In this document: positions 23,306 to 34,075 of the stretch, piece after piece | Layout of the letters: each line of letters opens with the position of its first letter | Numbering within the stretch: the stretch's first letter is position 1 | Position numbers and translations under genes: made by a program | Notes under the pieces: generated by a model | The model's input: the letters and a program-made list of their open reading frames with translations, nothing else | Databases searched by the model: none | What the model was told of the DNA's origin: nothing | Assembly: GCF_006345805.1 (NCBI RefSeq) | Contig: NW_021829925.1 | Span: forward strand, 1 to 35,087 | From: Octopus sinensis | Taxonomy: Eukaryota | DNA: 35,087 nt | Direction: 5' to 3'

Positions 23306-23751
23306 TGATGATAATAATGTCAAGCAATTATTGCACATGCAAAAGCTTCTCTCCAAGGACGGACGGTGGTAATTTAGATGTTTTATTAGGGTCATTCTAG
23401 CAACAACTCGCAAATTTTCGAAGCAAATATTTGCAGATGAAATGACAAATTCTAGAGAGATTTTCAATGTTTTTCAGTTATTAAACGGTTAAAAGAGCAA
23501 CAAATTAATTTTAAAATAAACTTGAGAGACCAATGCCAGTAAAAATCATTCATAATGTGTGTGAGAGGCCATGCATACATAAATACATGCATCATAAATG
23601 CGTGTGTGGGGGAGGGCATGTTTTGTGTGCGTGTGTGTGTGTGTAAAAATGTTGAGTTTTTTCAAGTTTTGCGTTCGAATGCAGCCAGTGTGCAATTTTA
23701 TCCTTGCCGATTAAAAAGAAAAACATGCTAGATATTTAGTACTGGTTTCAA

Positions 23752-23954
23752 ATTTTGTCACAAGGCCAGCAATTTCAGAGTTGGCATAGGTCGATTACAT
23801 CGCCCCCAGCACTCAACTGGTACTTACTTCATCGACCTCGAAAGGATAACAGCAAGATCGAACTCGGCGGAATTTGAGCTGAAGACGCAATAACGGACGA
23901 AGTGCCGCTGAGCATTTTGCCCGGCATGCTAACGATTCTGCCAGCTCGCTGCCC
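23752..23954 (-). mobile_element. SINE family B, near full length, diverged
   Basis: ggtcgattacatcgcccccagcactcaactggtactt..ggcggaatttgagc..gctaacgattctgccagctcgctgcc. Confidence 0.8.
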
Positions 23955-24308
23955 TTCGCCAGATATTTAATATCCTAAGCACTACACTTCTGCCAAACAG
24001 TTCGGGTTTGTGAGCATCCAATAAAAAACAAACGAGTGCTGGATCTAAAAATTGAGCTGCGACGAATTCAGGTTACGTTGTGTTTCATACTGATCTGCCA
24101 CCGGTTCTCTTCAGTTCCGTACACAATGAATTCGCGAAAATTACAAGAGTCTTCAATTTAATCTTTTACTCCTCAAGATTTAGTTATTTTTGTAGGATCG
24201 AAAAGCGGCTAAAATTTTGAGAATATATTTTACTATTGGTTTCAGTTTATTTGAATACTAACCATACTAGCTTACCTTATCAGTTTTGTTTAAATACTTA
24301 TTATTTTA

Positions 24309-24496
24309 TTCTTTTACTTGTTTCAGTCATTTTACTGCGGCCATGCTGGAGCGCCGCCTTTTCGTCGAGCAAATCGACCCCAGGACTTATTTTTTGTAAA
24401 AGTAGTACTTATTCTATCGGTGTCTTTTACCGAACCGCTAATTTATGGGAACATAAGCACACCAGCATTGGTTGTCAAGCGATGCCGGAGGTACAA

Positions 24497-24581
<85 letters not shown>

Positions 24582-24752
24582 ACATACATGGTGGGCTTCT
24601 TTCAGTTTCCGTCCACCAAATCCACCCACAAGGCTTTGGTCGGCCCGAGGCTATAGTAGAAGACGCTTACCCAAGGTTCCATACAGTGGGACTGAACCTG
24701 GAACCATGTCGTTGGTAAGCCAGCTTCTTACCACACAGCCAATCCTGCACCT
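24309..24752 (-). mobile_element. SINE family A, full length
   Basis: Collinear with 7899-8307 from tail ttcttttacttgtttcagtc to head ttaccacacagccaatcctgcacct. Confidence 0.9.
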
Positions 24753-24922
24753 ATATATAACCGATTGGTACTTATTTTATCAATGTCAAATGAGAGGCAA
24801 TGGTAATCCAAACGGAATTCGAACTTGGAATATAAAGATAATTAACCAAATGCGGCAATCTCTATTGTCCGACACCACATCGCTTATGCCATCCACCAAT
24901 CGGATTAGTCATTTTGTTTTTA

Positions 24923-25897
24923 CACCACCGTGCAAAAGTTTTCGACCGCTTTAAGCTATTGTAAAATTCTATTAATTTCCAACTTATAAGTGGATGCTTA
25001 ACATTGCGTCTTTTACAGTGGAAACATTGGCCCTGTTGGAGTCATTTCCATACCTAATCATTATATTTTGCATTTGGAGTTCTGAATGAGAGGGGAAGAT
25101 GCGAGACGACCACCAAAAATGGTCGTGCAAAAGATTTGTCCTCCTCACATAAATTAATCAAGATACATTGCTTTAAAGCAGAAAAAATGTCTATAAGGAA
25201 AATTTATTACATGATATTCGTTTCAAGAAGTTACATTGTTACTATTTCGTGTAGCTTCCTTTCGCTTCAATGATTACTTCAATGCGCCTGAGAAGAGAAA
25301 TCCTTCACCTTCATCAAAGGTTTGAGATGCTATTCTCTGTGGCTGGGCTCCCACAACTCTTCAAGATTGCGTGGATTCTTCTGACGAACTATTCTCTTTA
25401 GTTCTGTCTACATTTGCTCGATAATATTTAAGTCAGGGCTCTGAACTGGCCAATCTTTTAATACGGTAACATCTTCATCAGCCAGACTTTGTTGTGTTGC
25501 ACGCGATCTGCGGCATGGAGCTCCGTCATGCTGAAAAATCTCACCTTCAGCCATGTCTGATATCAAATTGTCCTTCAGCAACTGGATGTATTTGGCACTA
25601 ATCAATTTACCGTCAATTTTAACCAACTTTCTTGAACCATCACTTTTTATGTTTCCCCAAAGCATCACAGTCTTACCCACAAACTTCACTGTTTTCGTAG
25701 TGTAATGGGGATCACTTCGCTTTCTTGGAAGCCTCCTGACAAATTCTCGCTTATTAGAAAGCGAAATGACCTACGTTATACGACGAAAACAGTGAAGTTA
25801 GCGGGTAATTAGTAGAAACAGGTAAATTTGGAGGCAGTTAGTAGAAATTTACAATCGCAAATTTACTATAGTGATCAAAAATTTTTGCACGGTACTG
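24923..25897 (-). mobile_element. Internally deleted Tc1-like DNA transposon
   Basis: TIRs ta|caccaccgtgcaaaagttttcgacc and gatcaaaaatttttgcacggtactg|ta; TA flanks; transposase remnant inside. Confidence 0.88.
25242..25755 (-). pseudogene. Tc1-family transposase catalytic and C-terminal remnant, D-x35-E spacing
   Basis: NKREFVRRLPRKRSDPHYTTKTVKFVGKTVMLWG..IFQHDGAPC..KDWPVQSPDLNIIEQM*TELKR..RRIEVIIEAKGSYTK*; first catalytic D and HTH region are absent. Confidence 0.88.
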
Positions 25898-25968
25898 TAA
25901 AGCAATAACTTGTCTACACCACCTATCTTCGTCTTATTTTTTTGGTGAATTTTCCCTATATGTATATG

Positions 25969-26060
<92 letters not shown>

Positions 26061-26100
26061 GTTTGTTAGTGTATAAATAAATATATATTTTCGTTTGTTG

Positions 26101-26155
<55 letters not shown>

Positions 26156-26437
26156 TCGTTTGTTAGTGTCTTGAACTCCAGTATATATATGGAACGTCAA
26201 TAAATTGATTTCCATATTTTTCACTTAACCATGTCTGACCTCTAAAGGAAATACAAATCAACTTTTACACAATAAAACTGATTCAAATATTCTGTAAAAT
26301 TAAGAAAACATGGAATGCACATTTTGCTGAAATAACTCAAAGTTTTTTTAATCACTTCAAGAAGATCTGCAGGACTTATGAAAGGGAAGAGGAAAATGTT
26401 AAAGTTAGACATGGTCTAAGGGCTTGAAACTCTGGAT

Positions 26438-26706
26438 TGTTTACATCCATAACTTAGTTGTTCGGCAAAAGAAACCGATAGAATAAGTACCAGTCTGATA
26501 GAATGAGTACTAGGGTCGATTTGTTCGACTAAACCAGAGTTTTCCAACCCGTTTTCTTCCAGGCAGTTAGTAGAAATTTACAATCGCAAATTTACTATAG
26601 TGATCGAAGATTTTTGCACGGTACTGTAAAACAATAATTTGTCTACACCACCTGTCTTCGTCGTCTTATGTTATTTGTGAATTTTCCCTATATGTATATG
26701 TATATG

Positions 26707-26794
<88 letters not shown>

Positions 26795-27275
26795 ATATAT
26801 TATATATATATATATATATATATTATAATATATATATATATATATATATTCGTGACTTGCCAAAAAAACATGTATGCTCCCCAGTGCTTGGAAAAAAACA
26901 ACTTTCTTTTTAATATTTCATAATTCTATACTTTCCTTAAAGAAATATCCAGAGCAGGGTATTAGAAAAGCGCTATACTGTAGCAAACAGTCTTCACACA
27001 GTATGCTTGGCTGGAGGGATTGGTTTGGCGAGGTAGAGTATAGATGTTTGTAGGTTTGCTTTGAAGAAAAAAAGATATTTACAATTCCTTGCCCTACTTA
27101 AAAAAAGGGAAAAGAAAAAAACAAATTTTAGGTCCCGTGCCTTACCACAATTTTTTCAGGTCCCACTTCTTGGGCGTATGCCCCACGTTGGGAACCACTG
27201 GACTATACCGTTCAAGGCAATTCCCCACAAGACCAAAGTCCAAAGACTGGGACAAGTAAAAGATAAACGATAGAG
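26438..27275 (+). mobile_element. SINE family A 3' half (26438-26534 plus 27201-27275) split by a hAT MITE
   Basis: gggtcgatttgttcgactaaac | insertion | gactataccgttcaaggc..gacaagtaaaagataaa continues the SINE consensus. Confidence 0.75.
26535..27200. mobile_element. hAT (Charlie-like) non-autonomous element, 666 bp
   Basis: TIR cagagttttccaac vs right-end reverse complement cagtggttcccaac (11/14); 8-bp TSD gactaaac / gactatac. Confidence 0.8.
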
Positions 27276-27359
27276 GGTGATTTGAGGGAAATTTAGCTGT
27301 AGTTTCTATCAGGTAGAACAACAAATGTGGGTTACGTCGTTCATTTAGCACTTCGTAAA

Positions 27360-27652
27360 GTGGTACGTCGTCGGTTATGACAACGCGAGTTCCAGCTGAT
27401 CCAATGCGAGATTAACATACATGTGGCTGAGCACTCCTCAGACATGAGTAACCCTTAGTTCTCAGGGCGATTCAGTGTGACGCAGAATATGATAAGCCTG
27501 GCCCTTTGAAATACTGGTACAACTCATTTTTGCCAGGTGAGTAGACTAGAGCAACGAGAAATAAAGTGCCTTGATTAAGGATATAACCGCAGCCAGGTAT
27601 CGAACTCACAACCATGAGCGGAATACGAAAACCACTAAGCTATGTGCCTTCA
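27360..27652 (-). mobile_element. SINE family C (tRNA-derived head) with perfect 11-bp TSD
   Basis: TSD cacttcgtaaa at 27349-27359 and 27653-27663; minus-strand head gaaggcacatagcttagtgg..gtgagttcgatacctgg. Confidence 0.85.
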
Positions 27653-27769
27653 CACTTCGTAAACTAAGACGGCTGGAAATAAATAGAGATTTCAGGTGAT
27701 AAAAGATATTCATTAATAACTGTAATAACTCAGAGCAACAGGCTGATTATTGACGGATTCTAAGAGATT

Positions 27770-27900
27770 GAAATTTGAGTGCAGCCATGCTGGAGCACTG
27801 CCTTTAGTCGAACCCAAGGCCAAGGTGCTACACAGTGGAACTGAACCCGAAAGCATATGGTTGGGAATCAAGCTTCTTTCCACACGGCCGCTCTTGGAGA
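27770..27900 (-). mobile_element. SINE family A with large internal deletion (tail fused to head)
   Basis: gcagccatgctggagcactgcctttagtcgaa directly joined to ccaaggtgctacacagtggaactgaacccgaaagcatatggttggg. Confidence 0.7.
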
Positions 27901-28747
27901 GATTTTACAGGATTCTATGTCAATTCATGAAAAGACGAACCGTCGCATCTTTCTAAGGATTAACTTAGATTCTTGTAAGAAGGAGAAAGGGATGACAGAT
28001 TAATGGTTTTGGACGGAATGTCAGAGAAAGGCAGAGGACCGACAAACAGGTTTTGAGCCAATGTGACTAGAAATATTTGCTGCTGGAACCCAGGTGAGAG
28101 AGACGATAAATGAGAAGATATCTAAGTGAAAGAGGTGATAAATGCGAGGGAAAGGGTCACTTTACTTTCCATTTATATTTGACTTGGAAGGGGTCAATAA
28201 ATTAGGTGCCAGTTATATACGGAATCTATTTAACTGGCCATATATACACACATTTTGCCAATTCTTTGACTAATGGCTATGCGAGAAATCCCCTTGACAT
28301 CATTCGAGTCGTAAATTGAATAAACTAAAACTAGACTGACGTTTGATATTTGGGACCAATGACTGTTACCTGGATTCCAAGAGAAAATTCCTACCTCTTG
28401 GAGACTCTAGAAATCAGAAGATACTGCGAGACATTTCGTCTGATTCTCACACTAGTCCGCTCTTACAGTACACTTGAACGGCCTTTTTTTTTCAACCACA
28501 AAATGACGAAAAACAAAGATGACTTTGTCGGGATTTGAACTCGGGGAAAAAATCTAAAACAAACTGTATGGTTATATGAGTGTGTATGTGCATAAGCCTG
28601 TGTCACTACGCAAGAGGTAATTCAGATTGCAAGAAGTCCACGAAAGAACGTCTGTACGTGGTCGGTTGAAATGCTAAAAGTAGCAACCGGGTACCTTTAA
28701 GACAGCGTGTCAGCATTGTGCCTTTTGATACTATGATATAATAGATC

Positions 28748-28975
28748 GACGAGCGGGCAGAATCGTTAGCACGCCGAGCGAAATGCTTACCGATATTTCG
28801 TCTGCCGTTACGTTCTGAGTTCATATTCCGCCGAGATCGACTTTGCCTTTCATCCTTTCGGGGTCGGTTAAATAAGCACAGGTTATGCACTGGGGTCAAT
28901 GTAATCGACTTAATCCCTTTGTCTGTCCTTGTGAGCCCCCTCTATGTTTAGCCACATGTGGCCAATAAAGAAATG
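28748..28975 (+). mobile_element. SINE family B, full length
   Basis: gcagaatcgttagcacgccgagcg (A-box-like)..gagttcatattcc (B-box-like)..cctttcatcctttcggggtcgg..ggccaataaagaaat. Confidence 0.9.
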
Positions 28976-29715
28976 AATACCATGATATAATATAAATAGC
29001 AAACTTCAAAATTATTGAAAAATACTGACATAAGATGTTGACCTATTTTCCTCAACGATATTAGCAGCTTTTGTAGAATGAGTAGGTCTTCAATTCCGAT
29101 GAGAATAATAATCAAAATAATCGTATTTCATGTTTGTTTGTTTTTTAATTATATAACTGTTAATCATTATACACAAGGTTTAAAGTTTTCTAGAAGACGA
29201 AATATTAGACATTTTTGGCGTCTTTGTGTCTCCCAAGGTAATTAGCTGAAACGACCAAGATTATTTGCTTCAAAGACAAACAGAAATATATTTTTTCATA
29301 AATATTTAATAACAAGGCACCAAAAGCTTCATAAAAATCTACTTCCGTAATTCTAAGAGAAACGAAGAAATAGGATGTTACTCACGCCATTTGTTGCCTA
29401 ATGTTAGTAAAAGACTGTTTAAATTGCACTTGGTCTCCAACACAATGCAATGTCACGTGACATTTGATGACCAGAAAAGTAAAACTTGGTCGCTGCACAA
29501 TAATTGGATGTCATGTCCTTTTCATCTGTTCAGAAAGATAATGAAGCTAAAATGATTGCATCCGCCTAGGTGAGCTGCAGTTTAATCCTTGTTCTTCGGA
29601 ACTGGCTACGAAATACAGACATAATTACATCTGTAATTGGTTCCACGACAAACGACGTGACTCGAAAAACGAAGAAATACAAAAAAAGCCCCATCTGAAA
29701 TAGTTCCTTTTTCAT

Positions 29716-29918
29716 TTCTTTACTTGTTTCATTCACTTGACTGCGGCCATTCTGGGGCACCGTTTTTTAGTTGAACAAATCGACTCAAGACTTTTTTTTA
29801 AGCCTGGGACTTATTCTATTGTTCTCTTTTGCCAAACTGCTAGGTTATGGGACGTAAACACACCAACACGGGTTGTCAAGCAGTAGTGGAGGACAAACAG
29901 ATACACAGACACACTCAG

Positions 29919-29959
<41 letters not shown>

Positions 29960-30120
29960 CGACAGGCTTCTTTTAGTTTCCGCCTACCAAATCCATTCAC
30001 AAGGCTGAAAAGTTCAGCACAAGGCTATGGTAGAAGACACTTGCCCATGGTTCCACACAGTGGGACTGAACCTGGAACTATGAGTTTGGAAAGCAAGCTT
30101 CTTACCACACTACCACGCCT
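29716..30120 (-). mobile_element. SINE family A, full length, (GA)n internal repeat
   Basis: Collinear with 7899-8307. Confidence 0.88.
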
Positions 30121-30191
30121 ATACACTTATATTTTCGGCAATAAATGGTTTGTACATATTTCCACATGAGTTTTATTTGATTTTCAATTTC

Positions 30192-30610
30192 AGGCGCAGG
30201 AGTGGCTGTGTGGTAAGTAGCTTGGCAAGCTCTGTGAATGGATTTGGTACACGGAAACTGAAAGAAGCCCGTCAGGTGTGTGTGTGTGTATGTGTGTGTG
30301 TGTGTGTGTCTGTGTGTCTGTGTCTGTGTCTGTGTTTGTCTCCCTTGCTTCTCAGTGGTTCTGGGTTCAATTCCACTGCGTGACACATTGGTCAGGGAAC
30401 TTCTACAATATCCCCGGGAGGTCAAAGCTTTCTGGGCAACCGATGATGGTGTGATAACGGCCCTGTAAATTAGCGGTGCGGCAAAAGAGACCGATAGAAT
30501 AAGTACAAGGCTTGCAAAGAATAAGTTCTGGGGTCGATTTGTTCGACTAAAGGCAATGCTCCAGCATGGCCGTACTTAAATGACTGAAACAAATAAAAGA
30601 GTAGAAGAGT
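30192..30610 (+). mobile_element. SINE family A, rearranged (head deletion plus 82-bp templated insert)
   Basis: aggcgcaggagtggctgtgtggtaagtagctt.. through gactgaaacaaataaaagagt; insert at 30345-30426. Confidence 0.85.
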
Positions 30611-31111
30611 AATAAATTTCTCAACTGTTTTTAGTTTTTCAAATCTTTATGCTTTTAAACATAGTTGCTGAGGCCGACGTAAAGTGAGATAAACCGACTG
30701 AAGTCGGAGTATATTTTCTTTAATTATTTTCTTTTCAAACATCAATGTAAAGTCGAAAAAGTCGAAACTTAAAGTAAGGTAATTCGAGGTATGTCTGCAT
30801 TATTTGTCCCGATTCTTCTATTATTTCTTTCCCTAATTAAAATGCAGGCAGGCTTGGATACAACACTCGACGGACCTAATCGATCATATCAAACACAATG
30901 TATATCAAAGTCAATTTATTTTATCGATCGCATTTATAAAATCACTAATTTGTGGTTTTGTAGCTAAAAGGACCCAACTCGCGACCGGTTAAAACAGATT
31001 TTGAGGTTATAATGAGTGACACCTGATTTCTTTTTATCCTGAAAAGGTAAATTTACGTTCAAAAACATAGATTTTGCGCATGCCATTTCGACATATCGCC
31101 AACTTCTTAGG

Positions 31112-31410
31112 ATCTGTGTGATCAAGAAGCTTGCTTCTCAGTGGTTCTGGGTTCAATTCCACTGCGTGACACATTGGTCAAGGGGCTTCTACAATATCCC
31201 CGGGAGGTCAAATTCTGAGTGAATTTTGCGGACGGAAACTGAAAAAAAACCGTCATACATACATACACACAAATATACACAATATATATATATGCGACGG
31301 CCTTCTTTCAGTTTCCGTCTACCAAATCCACTCACAAGACACTTTCCCAATGTGCCACGCAGTGGGACTGAACCTGGAACCATGTGGTTGGGAAGCAAGC
31401 TTCTTACCAC
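31112..31410. mobile_element. Two SINE family A head halves facing each other (31112-31255 +, 31282-31410 -)
   Basis: Both cover the tRNA head to gaaactgaaagaag..cgtc in opposite orientations. Confidence 0.8.
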
Positions 31411-31421
31411 TCCTGTGCCTG

Positions 31422-31468
<47 letters not shown>

Positions 31469-31816
31469 AAATAATAAGGGTAAAAAATTGAATATTAATT
31501 TGATTAATGTCAATTTAAACCTTTAAACCAGTGGCCTAGCATATTGAAAAATAGAGCTCAATTCAAGGAATTGTATGGTATCAATCTCATGTAATGAAGT
31601 TTTAAAAGCAAAAAAGTTATGAGTTTTTGTTTCTCAAATTTGAGGGTGATAATATAGTTCTATACTTTTTTTATGAATATAGTTCTATAAGGGGACTCTT
31701 AATATATGTCACCGGCGTCATTGAGGTAAGGAAAAAAATATCAACTACACCGCCAATTGACACATTTGACACATTATTAATTAGCATAATAGCATAGCCT
31801 GGAAAAAAAACATAGA

Positions 31817-32695
31817 TTACACGGAAAATGCGAGCAAGAGAAATAATATTCTTAAAATTATAAAACTGGTAAAGTAAAGGATAAGTTATTACACTTGGAA
31901 AAATTCAGGACAACTTATTACATCTGGTAAAGTACAGAGCAAGAAAATTTTTACTTAAAATGTTGCAGCTAAGAATAAAATTTGAATATTAAAAAATTTT
32001 TGATTTTAATTTACAAAGTAATATTATGATTAAAAAGGGTATCGTCATTTTGTGACAATATTGACACAGAGAATACTTAAAAAATGAGAGCCATAAGTAC
32101 CAATGTAGCTAAACTTTTATGCAAAGGGGAATAGTAATGGGGTAGACATATTCATTATGTAAAAACTAGGCAATGGGTCAAGACTAAAATGTGAAGACTA
32201 GGTAATATCTTAGGCAATAACTTAAGCAAGTTTTACTGTGAATTTGTTATTCGTAGTATTTACTGTAATATATAACTAATTTTTGTATTATTCTATTCAT
32301 TGCACTAACTAATTATGTACTATTATTTTTTTGTAACCCATTTTTAAATTTTTAGTTATTTAATTAATAATTTTTAAAAATGAATTTTTTAAAGTGCAAA
32401 AATATTTTGAGTTATATTTTATTTTTAATAGAAGTAACAAGTAATAACAGATAGAAGTAATAACTTGTAATAAAATTTTTAGTCTTAATAAAAGCTAATA
32501 TTTTCTAAATCTAAATATTTTATTTGAAATTTTATCCTTAGCTGCAATATTTTAAGCAAAAATTTTCTTGTTCAGTACTTTATCAAATGTAATAACTTGT
32601 CCTGCAATTTTTCCAAGTGTAATAACTTGTCCTGCAATTTTCCAGATTTATAATTTGAAGAATATTATTTCTCTTGCTCGCATTTTCCCATGTAA
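31817..32695. mobile_element. Foldback-type element with ~190-bp modular TIRs
   Basis: 31-bp perfect inverted match 31823-31853 / 32658-32688; homology extends to about 32005 and 32505; ~30-bp sub-repeats in both arms; no transposase ORF; TSD unclear. Confidence 0.8.
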
Positions 32696-33235
32696 CATAT
32701 ATATATTAAATATTATGATATTAAATATACATATATATATATTAAATATATATATATATATATTAAATATATGTAATATTAAACATATATATTAAATATA
32801 TATAATATTAAATATATTTATATATATGTATGTATACGTATGTGTGTCTGTGTGTGGGGGTGTATCTTGAGAGAGAGGGGGAGAATGAGAGATTTAGATA
32901 GATATGACGAGGTTCTAAACAACTTCCGACAACAACGTTTCAATCAGAAGAAATAGCTGAAGGCTATATCGTATATATGTGAAGGAGAAGTCTCAACCAA
33001 TCACACTTGTCTGCGATGTTTGTGTATGCGTGAGTGTGCGTTTGTGTGTACGTTCTTGTGTGTGTGCATGTGTGTGCGTGTGTGTGTGCCTGCATTTTCC
33101 TGAGTGTGTATGTGTGTGTATGTTAGTGTGTGTTCGTGAGTGCGTGCGTGTGAATTCGTGAGTGTGTGTGTGTGTGTGCGCGTGAGTGAGTAAGTGCATG
33201 TGTATGTTCGTGAGTGTGTGTGTGTGAGTATGTGC

Positions 33236-33275
<40 letters not shown>

Positions 33276-33536
33276 ACAACACTGATCACAATGCTAAAGA
33301 TTTCTTTCATCTCAATAAAAGATGCCATGACCCAAGGATGTCACCTGTTGTACGCCTATGTTCAGTCTGCTGCAAGATGAAGTCCTCAACAACTTCTCCC
33401 CACAAAACACCGTCTGATGTGGAGGCAGGGAATTTCAGATTGAGATCATTATAGTTTGATGAACCTCCTCTGCCACACTGGCTCGACGTAGCTCGGCAGA
33501 CGAGTGTACTTCTTTATATACTCTTACGCAGGAGTA

Positions 33537-34075
33537 ATTAAGTCGATTATATCGATCCCAGTACGTAACTGGTACTTATTTTATCGATTCTGAAAGGATG
33601 AACGGCAAAGTTGGCCTCGGTGGAATTTGAACTCGGAACGTAGGAACGGACGAAATACCTATTTCTTTACTACCCACAAGGGGCTAAACACAGAGAGGAC
33701 AAACAAGGACAGACAAACGTATTAAGTCGATTATATCGATCCCAGTACGTAACTGGTACTTATTTTATCGATTCTGAAAGGATGAACGGCAAAGTTGGCC
33801 TCGGTGGAATTTGAACTCGGAACGTAGGAACGGACGAAATACCTATTTCTTTACTACCCACAAGGGGCTAAACACAGAGAGGACAAACAAGGACAGACAA
33901 ACGTATTAAGTCGATTATATCGACCCCAGTGCGTAACTGGTACTTATTTAATCGACCCCGAAAGGATGAAAGGCAAAGTCGACCTCGGCGGAATTTGAAC
34001 TCAGAACGTAACGGCAGACGGAATACGGTTACGCATTTCGTCCGGCGTGCTAAAGTTTCTGCCAGCTCGCCGCCT
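33537..34075 (-). mobile_element. SINE family B head-to-tail array: one complete copy plus two identical 184-bp headless units
   Basis: attaagtcgattatatcga recurs at 33537, 33721 and 33905 (period 184). Confidence 0.92.

Noticed and set aside
27985-28130. VLDGMSEKGRGPTNRF* vaguely like a LINE C-terminal GRGRP motif
   Set aside because: Similarity is too weak, with multiple stops.
29581-29703. Frame FNPCSSELATKYRHNYICNWFHDKRRDSK resembling homeodomain helix 3 after a cag acceptor
   Set aside because: LA-to-WF spacing is 2 residues short, invariant N51 is D, helices 1-2 do not fit, and no partner exon is visible.
32905-32960. Minus strand cttctga-tt-gaaac-gttgtt-gtc-ggaag, hammerhead-like ends
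   Set aside because: Core and stem II are missing; too little remains to call.
33310-33520. ~65-codon open minus-strand frame downstream of a TATATAAA box (possible LTR or exon)
   Set aside because: No ATG near its 5' end, no TG..CA LTR ends or partner LTR, and no recognisable protein motif.
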